Counted from the first letter of the stretch, positions 9,628 to 19,932 are shown. The stretch is 64,000 bases of DNA from Candidatus Methylomirabilis sp. (GCA_020722725.1 DYKG01000002.1:111436-175435); one strand, 5' to 3'. The notes: generated from the sequence alone by a model not told the origin. Numbers and translations: made by a program.

Positions 9628-10092
9628 ATGAAAAAACAAATTGGCATGTCGATGATCGAAATAATTATCGGGGTTGTACTTCTGGCCTTGATCGTTGTTC
9701 CATCATTAAATGTAATAAATACCAAAACCAAATCGGTTACGGCAACCCGCGACCACTCTCAGGCCGCCTTTGTAGCTCAGAAAGTTCAGGAAATGGCGCG
9801 GGCTTTCAGATTCGACCTGATTGAGGCTGATCGCTATTCTTCTGATGCCGCAACTCAAAAAACCACCTTTGAATGGCGGGTAAAAAACCAGGATGAGTAT
9901 AAAAAGCATGTCCTGAACGGAATTACATACCTGATCGAAGACCTTGAAATTGATCCGGTTCTCAACAAAGAAATTCCAGACACAGACCAGAGGCCAATCC
10001 TCTATTTGATGAAGTTCGCGATCAGATATACGGGAAAAGATGGTCGGGATCACGAACTTAGAATTAATACAGCAATTTCGAGGCGCGACTGA
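9628..10092 (+). CDS. Type IV minor pilin / pseudopilin (PilV/GspI-like)
   Basis: Class III signal KKQIG|MSMIE followed by a hydrophobic helix. Confidence 0.8.
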   Translation: MKKQIGMSMIEIIIGVVLLALIVVPSLNVINTKTKSVTATRDHSQAAFVAQKVQEMARAFRFDLIEADRYSSDAATQKTTFEWRVKNQDEYKKHVLNGITYLIEDLEIDPVLNKEIPDTDQRPILYLMKFAIRYTGKDGRDHELRINTAISRRD

Positions 10093-10093
10093 A

Positions 10094-10747
10094 ATGAAAA
10101 GAGGATTTAATCTGATCGAGATGATGGTAGCAATGATTATACTTTCAATGCTGCTCACCGCCCTTTATCAGAGTTTCTCAGCTGGTCAAAGAAATGCCAC
10201 AGAGATCATGGAAAGCCATCAAATCAACGAAGAAGTTGATCGAAACATACAAAAGCTGATCGAAGATGTCCGAGAATCAAACTACATTGACGAGCACTGC
10301 CCCCCCACCCTGAAAGCGGCAGAATTAGCCAATCACAAGACATCTTCGCCCGAAAACATTTTAATGTTCACCAAAATTAATTATGATTTTTCCAAAGAAC
10401 CGGCTGATCTTCCTGATGGAACCTGCAATTATACTCAGACCAGGGTTAAATACTATGTGACGAAAGATGACGAAGACGACCCAAACAGCACTTATGTTCT
10501 CATGCGCCATCTGACCCCCTTTGATAACCGCCGAAAACAGATCGATTCGGAAATTCATGAATATGAAGTTCTCAAAGGTCTCAGTGAATGCATTTTTTAT
10601 CGATTGGATGACCCCGATTCTTCCAGATCTGGCAATTTATACATTAGACTTAAGATAGCACGAAAAGATCGCAATGAAAAAACCTTCTCGAACTATGAAA
10701 ATGATATTCTGATATCGGTGATGGAAAGAGGCTCACCCCCAGAATGA
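10094..10747 (+). CDS. Type IV minor pilin / pseudopilin (PilW/GspJ-like)
   Basis: MKRG|FNLIEMMVAMIILSMLL prepilin motif; start moved to ATG 10094. Confidence 0.85.
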   Translation: MKRGFNLIEMMVAMIILSMLLTALYQSFSAGQRNATEIMESHQINEEVDRNIQKLIEDVRESNYIDEHCPPTLKAAELANHKTSSPENILMFTKINYDFSKEPADLPDGTCNYTQTRVKYYVTKDDEDDPNSTYVLMRHLTPFDNRRKQIDSEIHEYEVLKGLSECIFYRLDDPDSSRSGNLYIRLKIARKDRNEKTFSNYENDILISVMERGSPPE

Positions 10748-13089
10748 AAAGAACCATAAAAAATAAAAAAGGCTCTGCCATTATCACCGCCATCGGCATG
10801 GGAATTGTCTTCATGCTGGTAATTATGGGGCTTCAATCTTTTTCAAGCTTCAGAATTCAAACAACCATTCAAACAAGCCGCAAGGTCAAAGCTCTTGCAA
10901 TAGCCGAAGCGGGAGTTGAAATCGCGCTTGCCGAGCTCAACTATAAATATGGTTTTTCCACTCATCAAACGAATAAAGAGCTTAAATGGCTGGCTGAAAA
11001 GAACTACAAGTCATTGCTGAAAAACGATTCGGGGCATGGATTCAGCGTTGATTCGGCCACATCTGGCACCTATTCGGGAAAACTGGGCGACGGATTCTTC
11101 AAGGTTAGGGTTGCCAACATTCCTTACAAAGACGATGATCGAACGCTGAACATCAATGAAGAGTTCGCCTACATTTTGATTGAATCGCTCGGTCGCTACG
11201 AAGATACGGTCAAAAGGATCAAAGTGGTGGCCAACCGCCGGTATCCATCCCGTGAATTTCTGATGTACGATGGCGACGTTCTTTCTCTCGTATATGGCGA
11301 ACCAGGCGAGTCAAACACCAACAGTTTTTCCACCGGTCATCTTTATGGCCATAAGGGCGTTGAAATCGGCAGGATTCTAACCGATCAACACAACAGCACG
11401 TCTCCAGGCACGAACCAGGAACTCAGCGATATGAATGCAATCATTAGTGGCGCAGGAAGAATATTCTTCTTCAGCCCGATAAAAGTTAAATTCAGAGATA
11501 AACCCGGCCTGCCCGGACCCAATATTGTCCTGCCGAAAAACTTTACCTTTCCTTCGCATGGCTCGTATTCAAGCCCGCAGAAGGAGAAATACGGTGAATA
11601 CCCACAGGAAATGAAGAACGCACGCCCGCAATTCGAACCTGAAATTGAAAAGCAGATAGCTCCATGGGTCAAAGACAAGGCCGATGGTATCTCAATAGAA
11701 ATTCAGGGCGATTCCATTTATCAGTTCAGAGAAGACGCCAAACAGACCGGCAAGGGGTTATATTTTGCTGCAAACTATGCTGACAGCAAATTTGCCAAGA
11801 ATTATCGGGTTCCCGACGGCTGGACAGGTAATGGCAACAAAACGGTAAAATCGATTCTGCTTGATTTTGGCGATAACATAAGACCTGGCAATGTTACCTT
11901 ACCAGCAAACTTCAACGGGGTAATTTTTGCTGAAGACAATATAATTATCAAAGGCAACCCACCCAAAAGTGTCAATATTGTTACTCCACAAAATGTCTTT
12001 GTGGCCGGCGATTTTAATCAGGGTGGCGACAAAAACCAGATTGACGAATTCTATGGGATGCCCCAGGATTATGAATCAAACAAAAATGCTTTGACTGCGA
12101 ACGATTATCGGCCAGAGGTTCGCGCAAAACTCCTCGATGACTGCAAATCAAATGGTTTCCAGAACCATGTTGCCGCAAAAGTTATTGCTGACAAAAGAAT
12201 AATTTATGATTACCGAAGCCCGGTAGACTGCTTTGAAAACGAGTTATACCCATTCATGAAATACAAATTGGCCTCATATATCGATTCTGATAAAGATAAT
12301 GCCAGAGACAACACTCTTGAACACAACAAATCAGGCAAGATTGTTGCTTCGGCAACTACTGAAGAGGAATTTGAAGCCGACCTTGACAAATTTTTCAACG
12401 ATTACAAAATCGATGAAAGCTCTGAAAACGCCTTGAAGGAAGAATTAAAAGACCTTTTCAACGACAAGGACGGGAAGTTCAACTTCAATGATTTTGACGA
12501 AGCCTGCCGGAAAGTCTGGAAGGAATACGCTGAAAAATACGATCCAGAATCTGATGGAGAAATCAGTACCGCAGCCCAAAGTCATGATTACGGGGTTTAT
12601 CGACTGCTCAATGATCTTCGAACCGAAATGAAGGTTCCCGATAACGACCCCAATGCCAAATTTCAGCCAAACGTTGTAAAAGATAAGGCCGGCGATTACG
12701 TTTATTACCCTGAAATGACAACCAATGGCATGTTTATTTCGCACGGAGCAAGAAATAATTTATTTTATGCCGGTCCCGATTATATAAAAATCTATAATGA
12801 AATCGGCCGCTCAGGCAAATGCGTTTCCAGTAAAGTTGGCTTGATTCATTCAGGAATGCTGCACATGGTGCACCGAGTCTTTGGTTCTGAAATTTATTTA
12901 AGAAAAACCAGCACCGGAGTTCAGTTACTTGATGGCGGATATTACGCCCCCCCTACCAGAAAAAAACTTTACGACGAAACCCTTCCCATTTTCGGCCTTT
13001 CGTCGAACAGCAAGCATGAAATTGCCAGCTACCGCATAATTTCATGGCAAGACACCATAGCATCAACTAAAGAATTCGAAGATTTTTAA
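10744..13089 (+). CDS. Large PilX/GspK-like minor pilin (781 aa)
   Basis: KNKKG|SAIIT with no Glu5 (typical of PilX), then KALAIAEAGVE.AL; third gene in a V-W-X order. Confidence 0.75.
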   Translation: MKRTIKNKKGSAIITAIGMGIVFMLVIMGLQSFSSFRIQTTIQTSRKVKALAIAEAGVEIALAELNYKYGFSTHQTNKELKWLAEKNYKSLLKNDSGHGFSVDSATSGTYSGKLGDGFFKVRVANIPYKDDDRTLNINEEFAYILIESLGRYEDTVKRIKVVANRRYPSREFLMYDGDVLSLVYGEPGESNTNSFSTGHLYGHKGVEIGRILTDQHNSTSPGTNQELSDMNAIISGAGRIFFFSPIKVKFRDKPGLPGPNIVLPKNFTFPSHGSYSSPQKEKYGEYPQEMKNARPQFEPEIEKQIAPWVKDKADGISIEIQGDSIYQFREDAKQTGKGLYFAANYADSKFAKNYRVPDGWTGNGNKTVKSILLDFGDNIRPGNVTLPANFNGVIFAEDNIIIKGNPPKSVNIVTPQNVFVAGDFNQGGDKNQIDEFYGMPQDYESNKNALTANDYRPEVRAKLLDDCKSNGFQNHVAAKVIADKRIIYDYRSPVDCFENELYPFMKYKLASYIDSDKDNARDNTLEHNKSGKIVASATTEEEFEADLDKFFNDYKIDESSENALKEELKDLFNDKDGKFNFNDFDEACRKVWKEYAEKYDPESDGEISTAAQSHDYGVYRLLNDLRTEMKVPDNDPNAKFQPNVVKDKAGDYVYYPEMTTNGMFISHGARNNLFYAGPDYIKIYNEIGRSGKCVSSKVGLIHSGMLHMVHRVFGSEIYLRKTSTGVQLLDGGYYAPPTRKKLYDETLPIFGLSSNSKHEIASYRIISWQDTIASTKEFEDF

Positions 13090-13162
13090 AAACACATCTT
13101 TCTTTTTCCCTGCTTGAAATTGAAGTTCAGATTATGCTAAGATTTGGCCACCGGAGCCAATC

Positions 13163-13354
13163 ATGGAAGATAAATGCCCACTTTGCCTCAAAAGTGTTGA
13201 ATTTGAGCCTGAAAAAAATACCTATCTGAAATATCAAAACTCTGAGCGGCTTGTCTGCCCCAGATGCGCAGATGAAATCAGAGGGCACATGCGACCTACT
13301 TGGCAGATAATCTCCGGAAGAGTTTTCCCAAGAAGTACAAAATACGGTATTTAG
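13163..13354 (+). CDS. Small putative zinc-binding protein
   Basis: CPLC...CPRC; GGAG RBS; possible promoter TTGAAA/TAAGAT upstream. Confidence 0.55.
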   Translation: MEDKCPLCLKSVEFEPEKNTYLKYQNSERLVCPRCADEIRGHMRPTWQIISGRVFPRSTKYGI

Positions 13355-13362
13355 AAAGAATT

Positions 13363-14424
13363 ATGATGCATAAGCGCTTCAGCCCCAATGAGCTTGAAGA
13401 ATTCTGCTGTTACCTGAAACAGGAATATGGCCTTAGTTTTTCACCAGAAAAATACCATCAGCTCGAGAATCGCATTTCTCCGATAATGCAGGAATTTTCG
13501 TGCCGACGACTCAGCGATATCATTATTCAGTCAAAAAGAGATATAAGATTACGCCAGGATCTGGTTAATTCGCTAACCACCAATGAGACCTGGTTTTTCC
13601 GACACCCGGCTCATTTTCGCATTCTCAGTCACCATATTCTTCCCCAGATAAAAAAAAGGGCAGCCCAGTCTCACGATAATCGCATCAAAATCTGGTCGGC
13701 CGGTTGTTCCATCGGGGCCGAAACCTTTTCAATTCTGATAACTCTGCTGGAAAATCTTGAAAAACCCCAGGATTGGAATATCTCGCTGATTGGCAGTGAT
13801 CTAGCTTCTGATGCCATCTCGAGAGCAAGAACCGGAGTTTACAGCAAGCAGGAGCTCAAAGAAATTGATAAATCCATTTTTAAGCGATATTTTACCAGCT
13901 GTGGGTCAGATTGCTACCGGATAAAAGATGATCTGCAGAAAATGGTTTCCTTCGAGACTCTGAATCTGCTCGATACCTGGCCACCAAGAAAATTTGACAT
14001 TATCTTCTGTCGTAATGTGATGATTTATTTCAGCGAAGAGCACAAGCAAAAGGTCACCGACAAATTTCTTGCTGCCCTTGAAGATAATGGATTTTATCTA
14101 ACCAGCGCCAATGAATCGATTCACTGGAAAACCGAATCGGGGTTGAAAAAACTGTTTCTTGAAAATGAATATGTTTATCAGAAGGCAAATATTAAAGAAA
14201 GTTTTCGCCTTTATCAGTTTGCCACGCCGTCAGATTTGCTTCGGGCATTGAACATCCTTAACCAGACCGGAGTTACTTACGGTCTTGAAAAGATCACTGC
14301 GGCGCACAACCTTGCACCAAAGCGTGCAATTTTTATTTCACAACGCGATTCGAATCGTGCCGACGAGCTTTTTCTGCTGAGCGCCATAAAAGTTTCAAGC
14401 AACCATCCCTACAAAAAAAATTAA
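13363..14424 (+). CDS. cheR: CheR-type protein-glutamate O-methyltransferase with C-terminal extension
   Basis: TTNETWFFRHP.HF, KIWSAGCSIGAE.FS, IGSD..AI..AR.G.Y and FDIIFCRNVMIYF motifs; start taken at ATG 13363. Confidence 0.88.
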   Translation: MMHKRFSPNELEEFCCYLKQEYGLSFSPEKYHQLENRISPIMQEFSCRRLSDIIIQSKRDIRLRQDLVNSLTTNETWFFRHPAHFRILSHHILPQIKKRAAQSHDNRIKIWSAGCSIGAETFSILITLLENLEKPQDWNISLIGSDLASDAISRARTGVYSKQELKEIDKSIFKRYFTSCGSDCYRIKDDLQKMVSFETLNLLDTWPPRKFDIIFCRNVMIYFSEEHKQKVTDKFLAALEDNGFYLTSANESIHWKTESGLKKLFLENEYVYQKANIKESFRLYQFATPSDLLRALNILNQTGVTYGLEKITAAHNLAPKRAIFISQRDSNRADELFLLSAIKVSSNHPYKKN

Positions 14425-14464
14425 ACATTCAGCTGACCTTTCACATCTGCCGATAACTTAAGGT

Positions 14465-14935
14465 GTGAAACAGGTTTCAGACAACCAGAAAACTCCGGAA
14501 ATCCGGGTAAGAATTACCGTTATCCTCAAAAGGAACGACGGCAAAGTCTGCTTCGCGAGACATCGGAAAAAAGACAAGATTTACTGGTTGTTGCCCGGTG
14601 GCGGTCAGGACCCCATGGAATCAGCATTAGATGCGGCCCAAAGGGAGCTGATTGAAGAACTGAATCTGCCGGTAAAAATATTTCGCCTGGCTTTTGTTCG
14701 TGAAAGTTTCGATTCAAAAGCAGGCAGACATATACAATTTCTGGTTTTTGAAGGCCTCGAAGCCGATTTTTCCAGAATTGCAACTGGCATAGATAAACGG
14801 GTTGAGGGCTTTGACTTTTTTGATGCATCTGAAGTCGCTGAAAAGCCAATTTATCCGGCGATGAAAGACGACCTGATCAAATTTATGAAAAATGAGCAGG
14901 TTGAACTATTCAGAACACTGGAATGGATTCCCTGA
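14465..14935 (+). CDS. NUDIX hydrolase
   Basis: Nudix box GGGQDPMESALDAAQRELIEEL. Confidence 0.88.
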   Translation: MKQVSDNQKTPEIRVRITVILKRNDGKVCFARHRKKDKIYWLLPGGGQDPMESALDAAQRELIEELNLPVKIFRLAFVRESFDSKAGRHIQFLVFEGLEADFSRIATGIDKRVEGFDFFDASEVAEKPIYPAMKDDLIKFMKNEQVELFRTLEWIP

Positions 14936-14950
14936 CCACAGGAGGCAGGC

Positions 14951-17512
14951 ATGGTTGAAAAGAAATACGAACAAATAATTAAAGATTGCAAAAAAAGAAT
15001 AGCAGCAAACCCTCGCGACTTCTTCGCATATTATCAGCTGGCCAGGGCGCTGGAAATGTCTGGTGAAACCGATCGGGCCATCAATGTATTCAAAGATGCA
15101 ATAACGATCAATCCTAAAGATGCCTATGCCCACAATTTCATTGGTCTGGCATACCGCAATAAGGGCATGCTCAATGAAGCCATAACTGAATTCAAAAAAG
15201 CCATCATGTTTAATAACAGTTATGCATATCCATATGCAAACCTTGGTGTTATTTACAAACTCAAGGGAATGTATGATGAAGCTATTATCAGATTCAAGAA
15301 AGCAATTTCACTTAAGCCGGATTATGCCTTTGCACACCTTCAGCTGGGCCTGATTTACCGACTGAAAAAGCTTTATGATGAATCAATCGTTCGCTTGAAA
15401 AATGCCATTGATCTGAACCGCGATTACGCGTATGCCCATTTTTCGCTGGGTGCCGTTTATCTTGAAATTGGCAAAGCGAGAAAAGCCATAGTTGAATTCA
15501 AAAAAACCGTGCTGCTTAACCCGCAGGATGCCTATGCCCTTTGCCAGCTCGGGCGCAGCTTCATTCATCTTGAAAACTATGATGAGGCGATCAGGCATCT
15601 GCAGAATTCAATAAGAATTAACCCTGACAATGCCTTCTCTTTTCTTAATCTGGGAATTTCATATTTCTGCGGCGGCGACTTTAACGAAGCAATTGAAGCC
15701 TTCAAAAGGGTTATATCCATTAATCCGATGCTGACCGAAGCCCAGGTGTACCTTGGCCAGGCATTTCTGAAGAAAAACATGGATGATGCGGCGCTGCAAG
15801 AATTCAAAAAAGCAATTAAAAATGACCCGCGTTACCCACGTCTGCACTTCTTTATTGGCCAGGTTCTAAGAAAAAAAGGTGAAACCCAGAAAGCAATCGA
15901 GCAATTCAAACTGGAAAACAACCTGAACCCGAACGATGGCGAATTGCACTTCAATCTTGCTCTGGCCTATAAAGACCGGGGAATGCTCGACGATGCCACA
16001 GGAGAACTGAAGCGTGCACTGTTTCTTGACCAGAAACTAAGCCGTGCCCACGATGTGCTTGGCGAAATATACGACGTTAAAGGCCAGTGCGACCAGGCGG
16101 TTTATCACTGGCGAAAAGCCTCAGAACTTCGAAAAAAGCAGACTTCTGAAACAAAAGCACCAACTCCAGTGCTGAGAAGTCGGTCTGAAATGGATATGCT
16201 GATCGAGCGCTACAAAGCCGAGATCAATCAAAATCCCAACAACCCTGATGCCCATTACAAACTTGCTTCTGCCTACAAAAACAAAGAAATGTATGACGAA
16301 GCAATTATTGAATACCGCAAAGTAATCGCCTTAAACCCTTATGATACTTTTGCCAATTACAACCTCGAAGTAATCTATCGCATGAAGGGCATCGACGATC
16401 AGAACCTTACCAGGTGGAAACGTTCGGTTACCGTTAATCCTGAAAATGCCGGTGCCCATTACCGCCTCGGACTTGCATACCGGGAAAAAGGCATGCTCGA
16501 CGAAGCAATTAGAGAGTGGGAAAAAGCCATTGCCCTGGACCCGGAATTTTCCCATGCTCATCTGCAGCTCGGCATTGCTTATAAAAGCGTTGGAAAAGCT
16601 GATCAGGCAATTCAATCATGGCATAAAACCATCGAGCTCGACCCCGATTTTCAGGAAGCATTTTTCCATCTTGGCAAAGCATATCTCAATCAGGGTCGTC
16701 TTGAAGAGGCAATCAGCGCAATCAAGCGAACAATCAGACTCAATCCGACCGATGTTGAAAGCCGATATCTGCTTGGCCTCATTTTCAAGAACAACGGCAT
16801 GATGGAAGAAGCCAAAGAAGCCTTTGAAGACTTGCTCAAATACCAGGAAGATAATCCTGCCGTTCTTTCAATTCTCGGTGCTGTTTACAAAAGCCTGAAC
16901 CAGCTCGAGAATGCGCTGAATTGCGTGATGATGGCAATTCGAATAGATGATCAGAAGTTTTACACCCATTACCTCCTCGGAACAATCTACCGCGCCATGG
17001 GTGAGGGAGAAAAAGCCGAAGATTCTTTCAAACGGGCAATTGAATTGAACCCTGATGACGCCTTCTCACAATACAGCCTCGGCGTTCTTTACAAGAATTC
17101 GGGTCGCCTGCCCCAGGCAATCAGAGCTTTTTCACATGCCATAGAACTCGATTCAGACGATGCTTATTCCCATTCTCATCTGGGAATTTCATTTTATGAG
17201 CAGGGGCAACTCGATGAAGCAATTTCATCACTGCAACGTGCTATCGAAATTAACCCGGAAGATACCTATGCCCTCTATAATCTTGGCGTGGCATATCTCG
17301 ACAGCCATTTCTACGATCTGGCAATCGATGCGCTGGTTAGGGTGGTCAATCTGTCTCCCAATGATCCTTACGCCTGCTTTAACCTGGGTCAGGCTTATGA
17401 AGCCAAAAGGCTTCTCAAAGAAGCTAAAGCCTGTTATCAGAAAGCCCTTGACAATGCTCCCAAAAACACCCAGATTGCGAAATTTGCAAAAGAATCATTT
17501 TCAAGGTTATAA
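14951..17512 (+). CDS. Cytoplasmic protein made almost entirely of TPR repeats
   Basis: More than 20 34-residue repeats of the A...LG..Y...G.YDEAI..FKKAI.L.P type; GGAGG RBS; no signal peptide. Confidence 0.9.
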   Translation: MVEKKYEQIIKDCKKRIAANPRDFFAYYQLARALEMSGETDRAINVFKDAITINPKDAYAHNFIGLAYRNKGMLNEAITEFKKAIMFNNSYAYPYANLGVIYKLKGMYDEAIIRFKKAISLKPDYAFAHLQLGLIYRLKKLYDESIVRLKNAIDLNRDYAYAHFSLGAVYLEIGKARKAIVEFKKTVLLNPQDAYALCQLGRSFIHLENYDEAIRHLQNSIRINPDNAFSFLNLGISYFCGGDFNEAIEAFKRVISINPMLTEAQVYLGQAFLKKNMDDAALQEFKKAIKNDPRYPRLHFFIGQVLRKKGETQKAIEQFKLENNLNPNDGELHFNLALAYKDRGMLDDATGELKRALFLDQKLSRAHDVLGEIYDVKGQCDQAVYHWRKASELRKKQTSETKAPTPVLRSRSEMDMLIERYKAEINQNPNNPDAHYKLASAYKNKEMYDEAIIEYRKVIALNPYDTFANYNLEVIYRMKGIDDQNLTRWKRSVTVNPENAGAHYRLGLAYREKGMLDEAIREWEKAIALDPEFSHAHLQLGIAYKSVGKADQAIQSWHKTIELDPDFQEAFFHLGKAYLNQGRLEEAISAIKRTIRLNPTDVESRYLLGLIFKNNGMMEEAKEAFEDLLKYQEDNPAVLSILGAVYKSLNQLENALNCVMMAIRIDDQKFYTHYLLGTIYRAMGEGEKAEDSFKRAIELNPDDAFSQYSLGVLYKNSGRLPQAIRAFSHAIELDSDDAYSHSHLGISFYEQGQLDEAISSLQRAIEINPEDTYALYNLGVAYLDSHFYDLAIDALVRVVNLSPNDPYACFNLGQAYEAKRLLKEAKACYQKALDNAPKNTQIAKFAKESFSRL

Positions 17513-17514
17513 AC

Positions 17515-19527
17515 ATGAATAAACCCGCTGAAAGCCATTCTGCACCGTCTATCGATCTGCGAGTCGCCGTCATTATGGTCTTGGCGATCATTATTATGGC
17601 CACATTCACCGGATGTTCAGGGGCAAGCGTTACGCCCCGGGAAGGGTCAGTCAGCGGAAAAATTTTGAATATTTCCGGGAAACCGGTTGAAAGTGCTCTG
17701 GTAACATGGGCTTACGACAATACACGCTGGTGTCTCACCGACGAAAACGGCGCTTATTACATTGATGGCATAGGCTTTGGAGAGCAGGTTTTCCAGGTTG
17801 AAGCCTTCGGTTACCGAACCATGCAGTTTTCTGTGACCATATATTCAGGACAGACATCTACCGCAACCGATCAAAAGATTGAAGCCAAAAGCTTCGACTA
17901 TTCTGAAATAAAAGTAGCCGAAACTTCTGCCACCCACGCCTTGATTACCTGGAAAACCACAGACTACACTAACGGCCTGATCGAATACGGTGAAACAGAA
18001 AGCCTTGGAAGAACAGTCAGAGAGCCATCTGGTGAATATGCCACCACCCATTCTTTAAAAATTACCGGTTTAAGCTCGCAAAAACAGTATTTTTTCAAAA
18101 TTGTCTCATCCAGACAGGGTCGCGATGCAGAAACATCTGACCGAGGCACTTTTACCACAACCAATACTCTTGAAGATAAAACCGCTCCAGCAGCTCCGAA
18201 CAACGTGCAGGCTGCCATTAACTCCAGTCCTAATCTGGCGACCATATTCTGGGCACCAGTTTCTGAAACCGACCTGAAAGGTTATCGGGTCTACCGGGCT
18301 GAGAATATCAACTCCGCTTTTACAGAGATCAGCAACATTCTCGTGGCCAAAGGTCAGGAGAGATATACTGACGTTTCGGTTGTACCCGGCAAAAAGTATT
18401 TCTATCGGGTTACCTCAGTAGATCAGGCCAATAATGAAAGCGGCTACAACAATATTACAGACATTGTTGTTCCAGGCGACATTTCAACGACCATCACCTG
18501 GACAAGGGTCAACAGTCCATATCTTATTACCGGCGACATAAATATTCTCGAAACAGGCAGATTGAACATCGACGCCGGAGTAGAGGTTCTGATGGCAGAT
18601 TCCGATGCCTATCGCCGCAATGATCCGGACCGCATCGATTTCATAGTTTCCGGAGCCCTGGTAGCCTCGGCAGGAAATCAGCTGCCGGTTGTTTTTGCTG
18701 CTGCGGCAGTTAATCCTTCAAACAATGCCTGGAACGGGCTAAAATTTGAAAATACTGAAAATCCTGCAAACACATTGGTGAACGTCCAAATTTCTGATTC
18801 AATCAAGGCTTTGAGTTTTAAAAATTCGAACGGCATTTTCTCACAGATAAAAATAATGAACTCGCAACTGGCAGTTGAAGCAAGCGAGAGCGATTCTTTG
18901 ACGATTGACGGAATAGAAGTCAGAAAATGCAGCAATGCTGTGGTATTAAACGGAAACAAGAATCTAACTCTCTCCAACAGCACTTTTTATCACCCTTCGA
19001 TCTGTGTCAATTCAACTAACAATGATGGTCTGACCATTTCGGGCTGCAATTTTCTCGAATTTACCAGCGCTGGTCTTCTTTCCAATGAGGCCGGAGGTGT
19101 AATTATGATAACCAACAACCTTTTTGCGGCACCCAACGGCTGGGCAATGAAATTTTCGTCGCAAAGCCCGACAATTGAGTACAACACTTTCGATGTGCCC
19201 TATTGTATTCAGATGAATCAGGGAAACCCGATTATCAGAAAGAACCTTCTTATGGCTAAAAAGAGCGTTTTCTCGGTTGGAAAAGCTGGTATGGAACATC
19301 TCAGCGGACTTATTCCTCTGCCGATTTTTGGTCCAAACAATATTTATGGCTTTGAATCAGGCAAAGACTATATTGGCTGCGAACCGACCTCAGACAGCAC
19401 CAGTGTCGAAGTGCTTCTGATGAAGGATTTGAATGGCGACGAATACGATTACCGACTGCGCCAGCCCTACCCAAACACCGAGGACAGCTGGGGCATAAAT
19501 CGAACAGCTGTACCCTTTAAGCCATAA
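17515..19527 (+). CDS. Lipoprotein with carboxypeptidase-regulatory-like, fibronectin type III and right-handed beta-helix domains
   Basis: Lipobox FTGC; GKI.NISGKPV..TDENGAY; ITWKT..GLIEYG..H.LKITGL; DLKGYRVYR..YTD..YFYRVTSVD; Asn/Ser-rich beta-helix repeats. Confidence 0.75.
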   Translation: MNKPAESHSAPSIDLRVAVIMVLAIIIMATFTGCSGASVTPREGSVSGKILNISGKPVESALVTWAYDNTRWCLTDENGAYYIDGIGFGEQVFQVEAFGYRTMQFSVTIYSGQTSTATDQKIEAKSFDYSEIKVAETSATHALITWKTTDYTNGLIEYGETESLGRTVREPSGEYATTHSLKITGLSSQKQYFFKIVSSRQGRDAETSDRGTFTTTNTLEDKTAPAAPNNVQAAINSSPNLATIFWAPVSETDLKGYRVYRAENINSAFTEISNILVAKGQERYTDVSVVPGKKYFYRVTSVDQANNESGYNNITDIVVPGDISTTITWTRVNSPYLITGDINILETGRLNIDAGVEVLMADSDAYRRNDPDRIDFIVSGALVASAGNQLPVVFAAAAVNPSNNAWNGLKFENTENPANTLVNVQISDSIKALSFKNSNGIFSQIKIMNSQLAVEASESDSLTIDGIEVRKCSNAVVLNGNKNLTLSNSTFYHPSICVNSTNNDGLTISGCNFLEFTSAGLLSNEAGGVIMITNNLFAAPNGWAMKFSSQSPTIEYNTFDVPYCIQMNQGNPIIRKNLLMAKKSVFSVGKAGMEHLSGLIPLPIFGPNNIYGFESGKDYIGCEPTSDSTSVEVLLMKDLNGDEYDYRLRQPYPNTEDSWGINRTAVPFKP

Positions 19528-19662
19528 ACGAGGTAAAATTACCTCTGTTTTGGGGCTTTTTTACCCGATCCGATTCCTTTCAAATATTCCTGATTATTGC
19601 AAAACCCTGATCAGCAAATAGCTTTGGCAAAACTAAAATTTTCAGCAGGAAATGTTTGCATT

Positions 19663-19679
19663 TTGGCACCGTATTTGCG
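19663..19679 (+). promoter_or_regulatory. Sigma-54 (-24/-12) promoter for the flp pilin genes
   Basis: TTGGCACCGTATTTGCG: GG-N10-GC spacing matching TGGCAC-N5-TTGC, about 45 bp upstream of the flp ATG. Confidence 0.75.
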
Positions 19680-19724
19680 ACAATGTCAAAGTGGCGAAAG
19701 CCCAAATTACTCAGGAGGACTTTT

Positions 19725-19907
19725 ATGGAACTCATTCGCAGATTTGTACGGGAAGAAGAAGGACAGGGCCTGGTAGAATACGCACTCATCATCGGCCTCA
19801 TCGCTGTTGTAGCTATTGCTGCTCTTACCGCCTCAGGCACTCAGATCAGCTCAATCTTCGGCAACATCAGTGGTGAACTTTCTAAAGCCGCCGCAACTGG
19901 CAGCTGA
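19725..19907 (+). CDS. flp: Flp/Fap family type IVc pilin 1
   Basis: AGGAGG RBS; MELIRRFVREEEG|QGLVEYALIIGLIAVVAIAAL is the canonical Flp motif. Confidence 0.93.
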   Translation: MELIRRFVREEEGQGLVEYALIIGLIAVVAIAALTASGTQISSIFGNISGELSKAAATGS

Positions 19908-19932
19908 TTTTGTTCTAACTGCGTAAGTGAGA

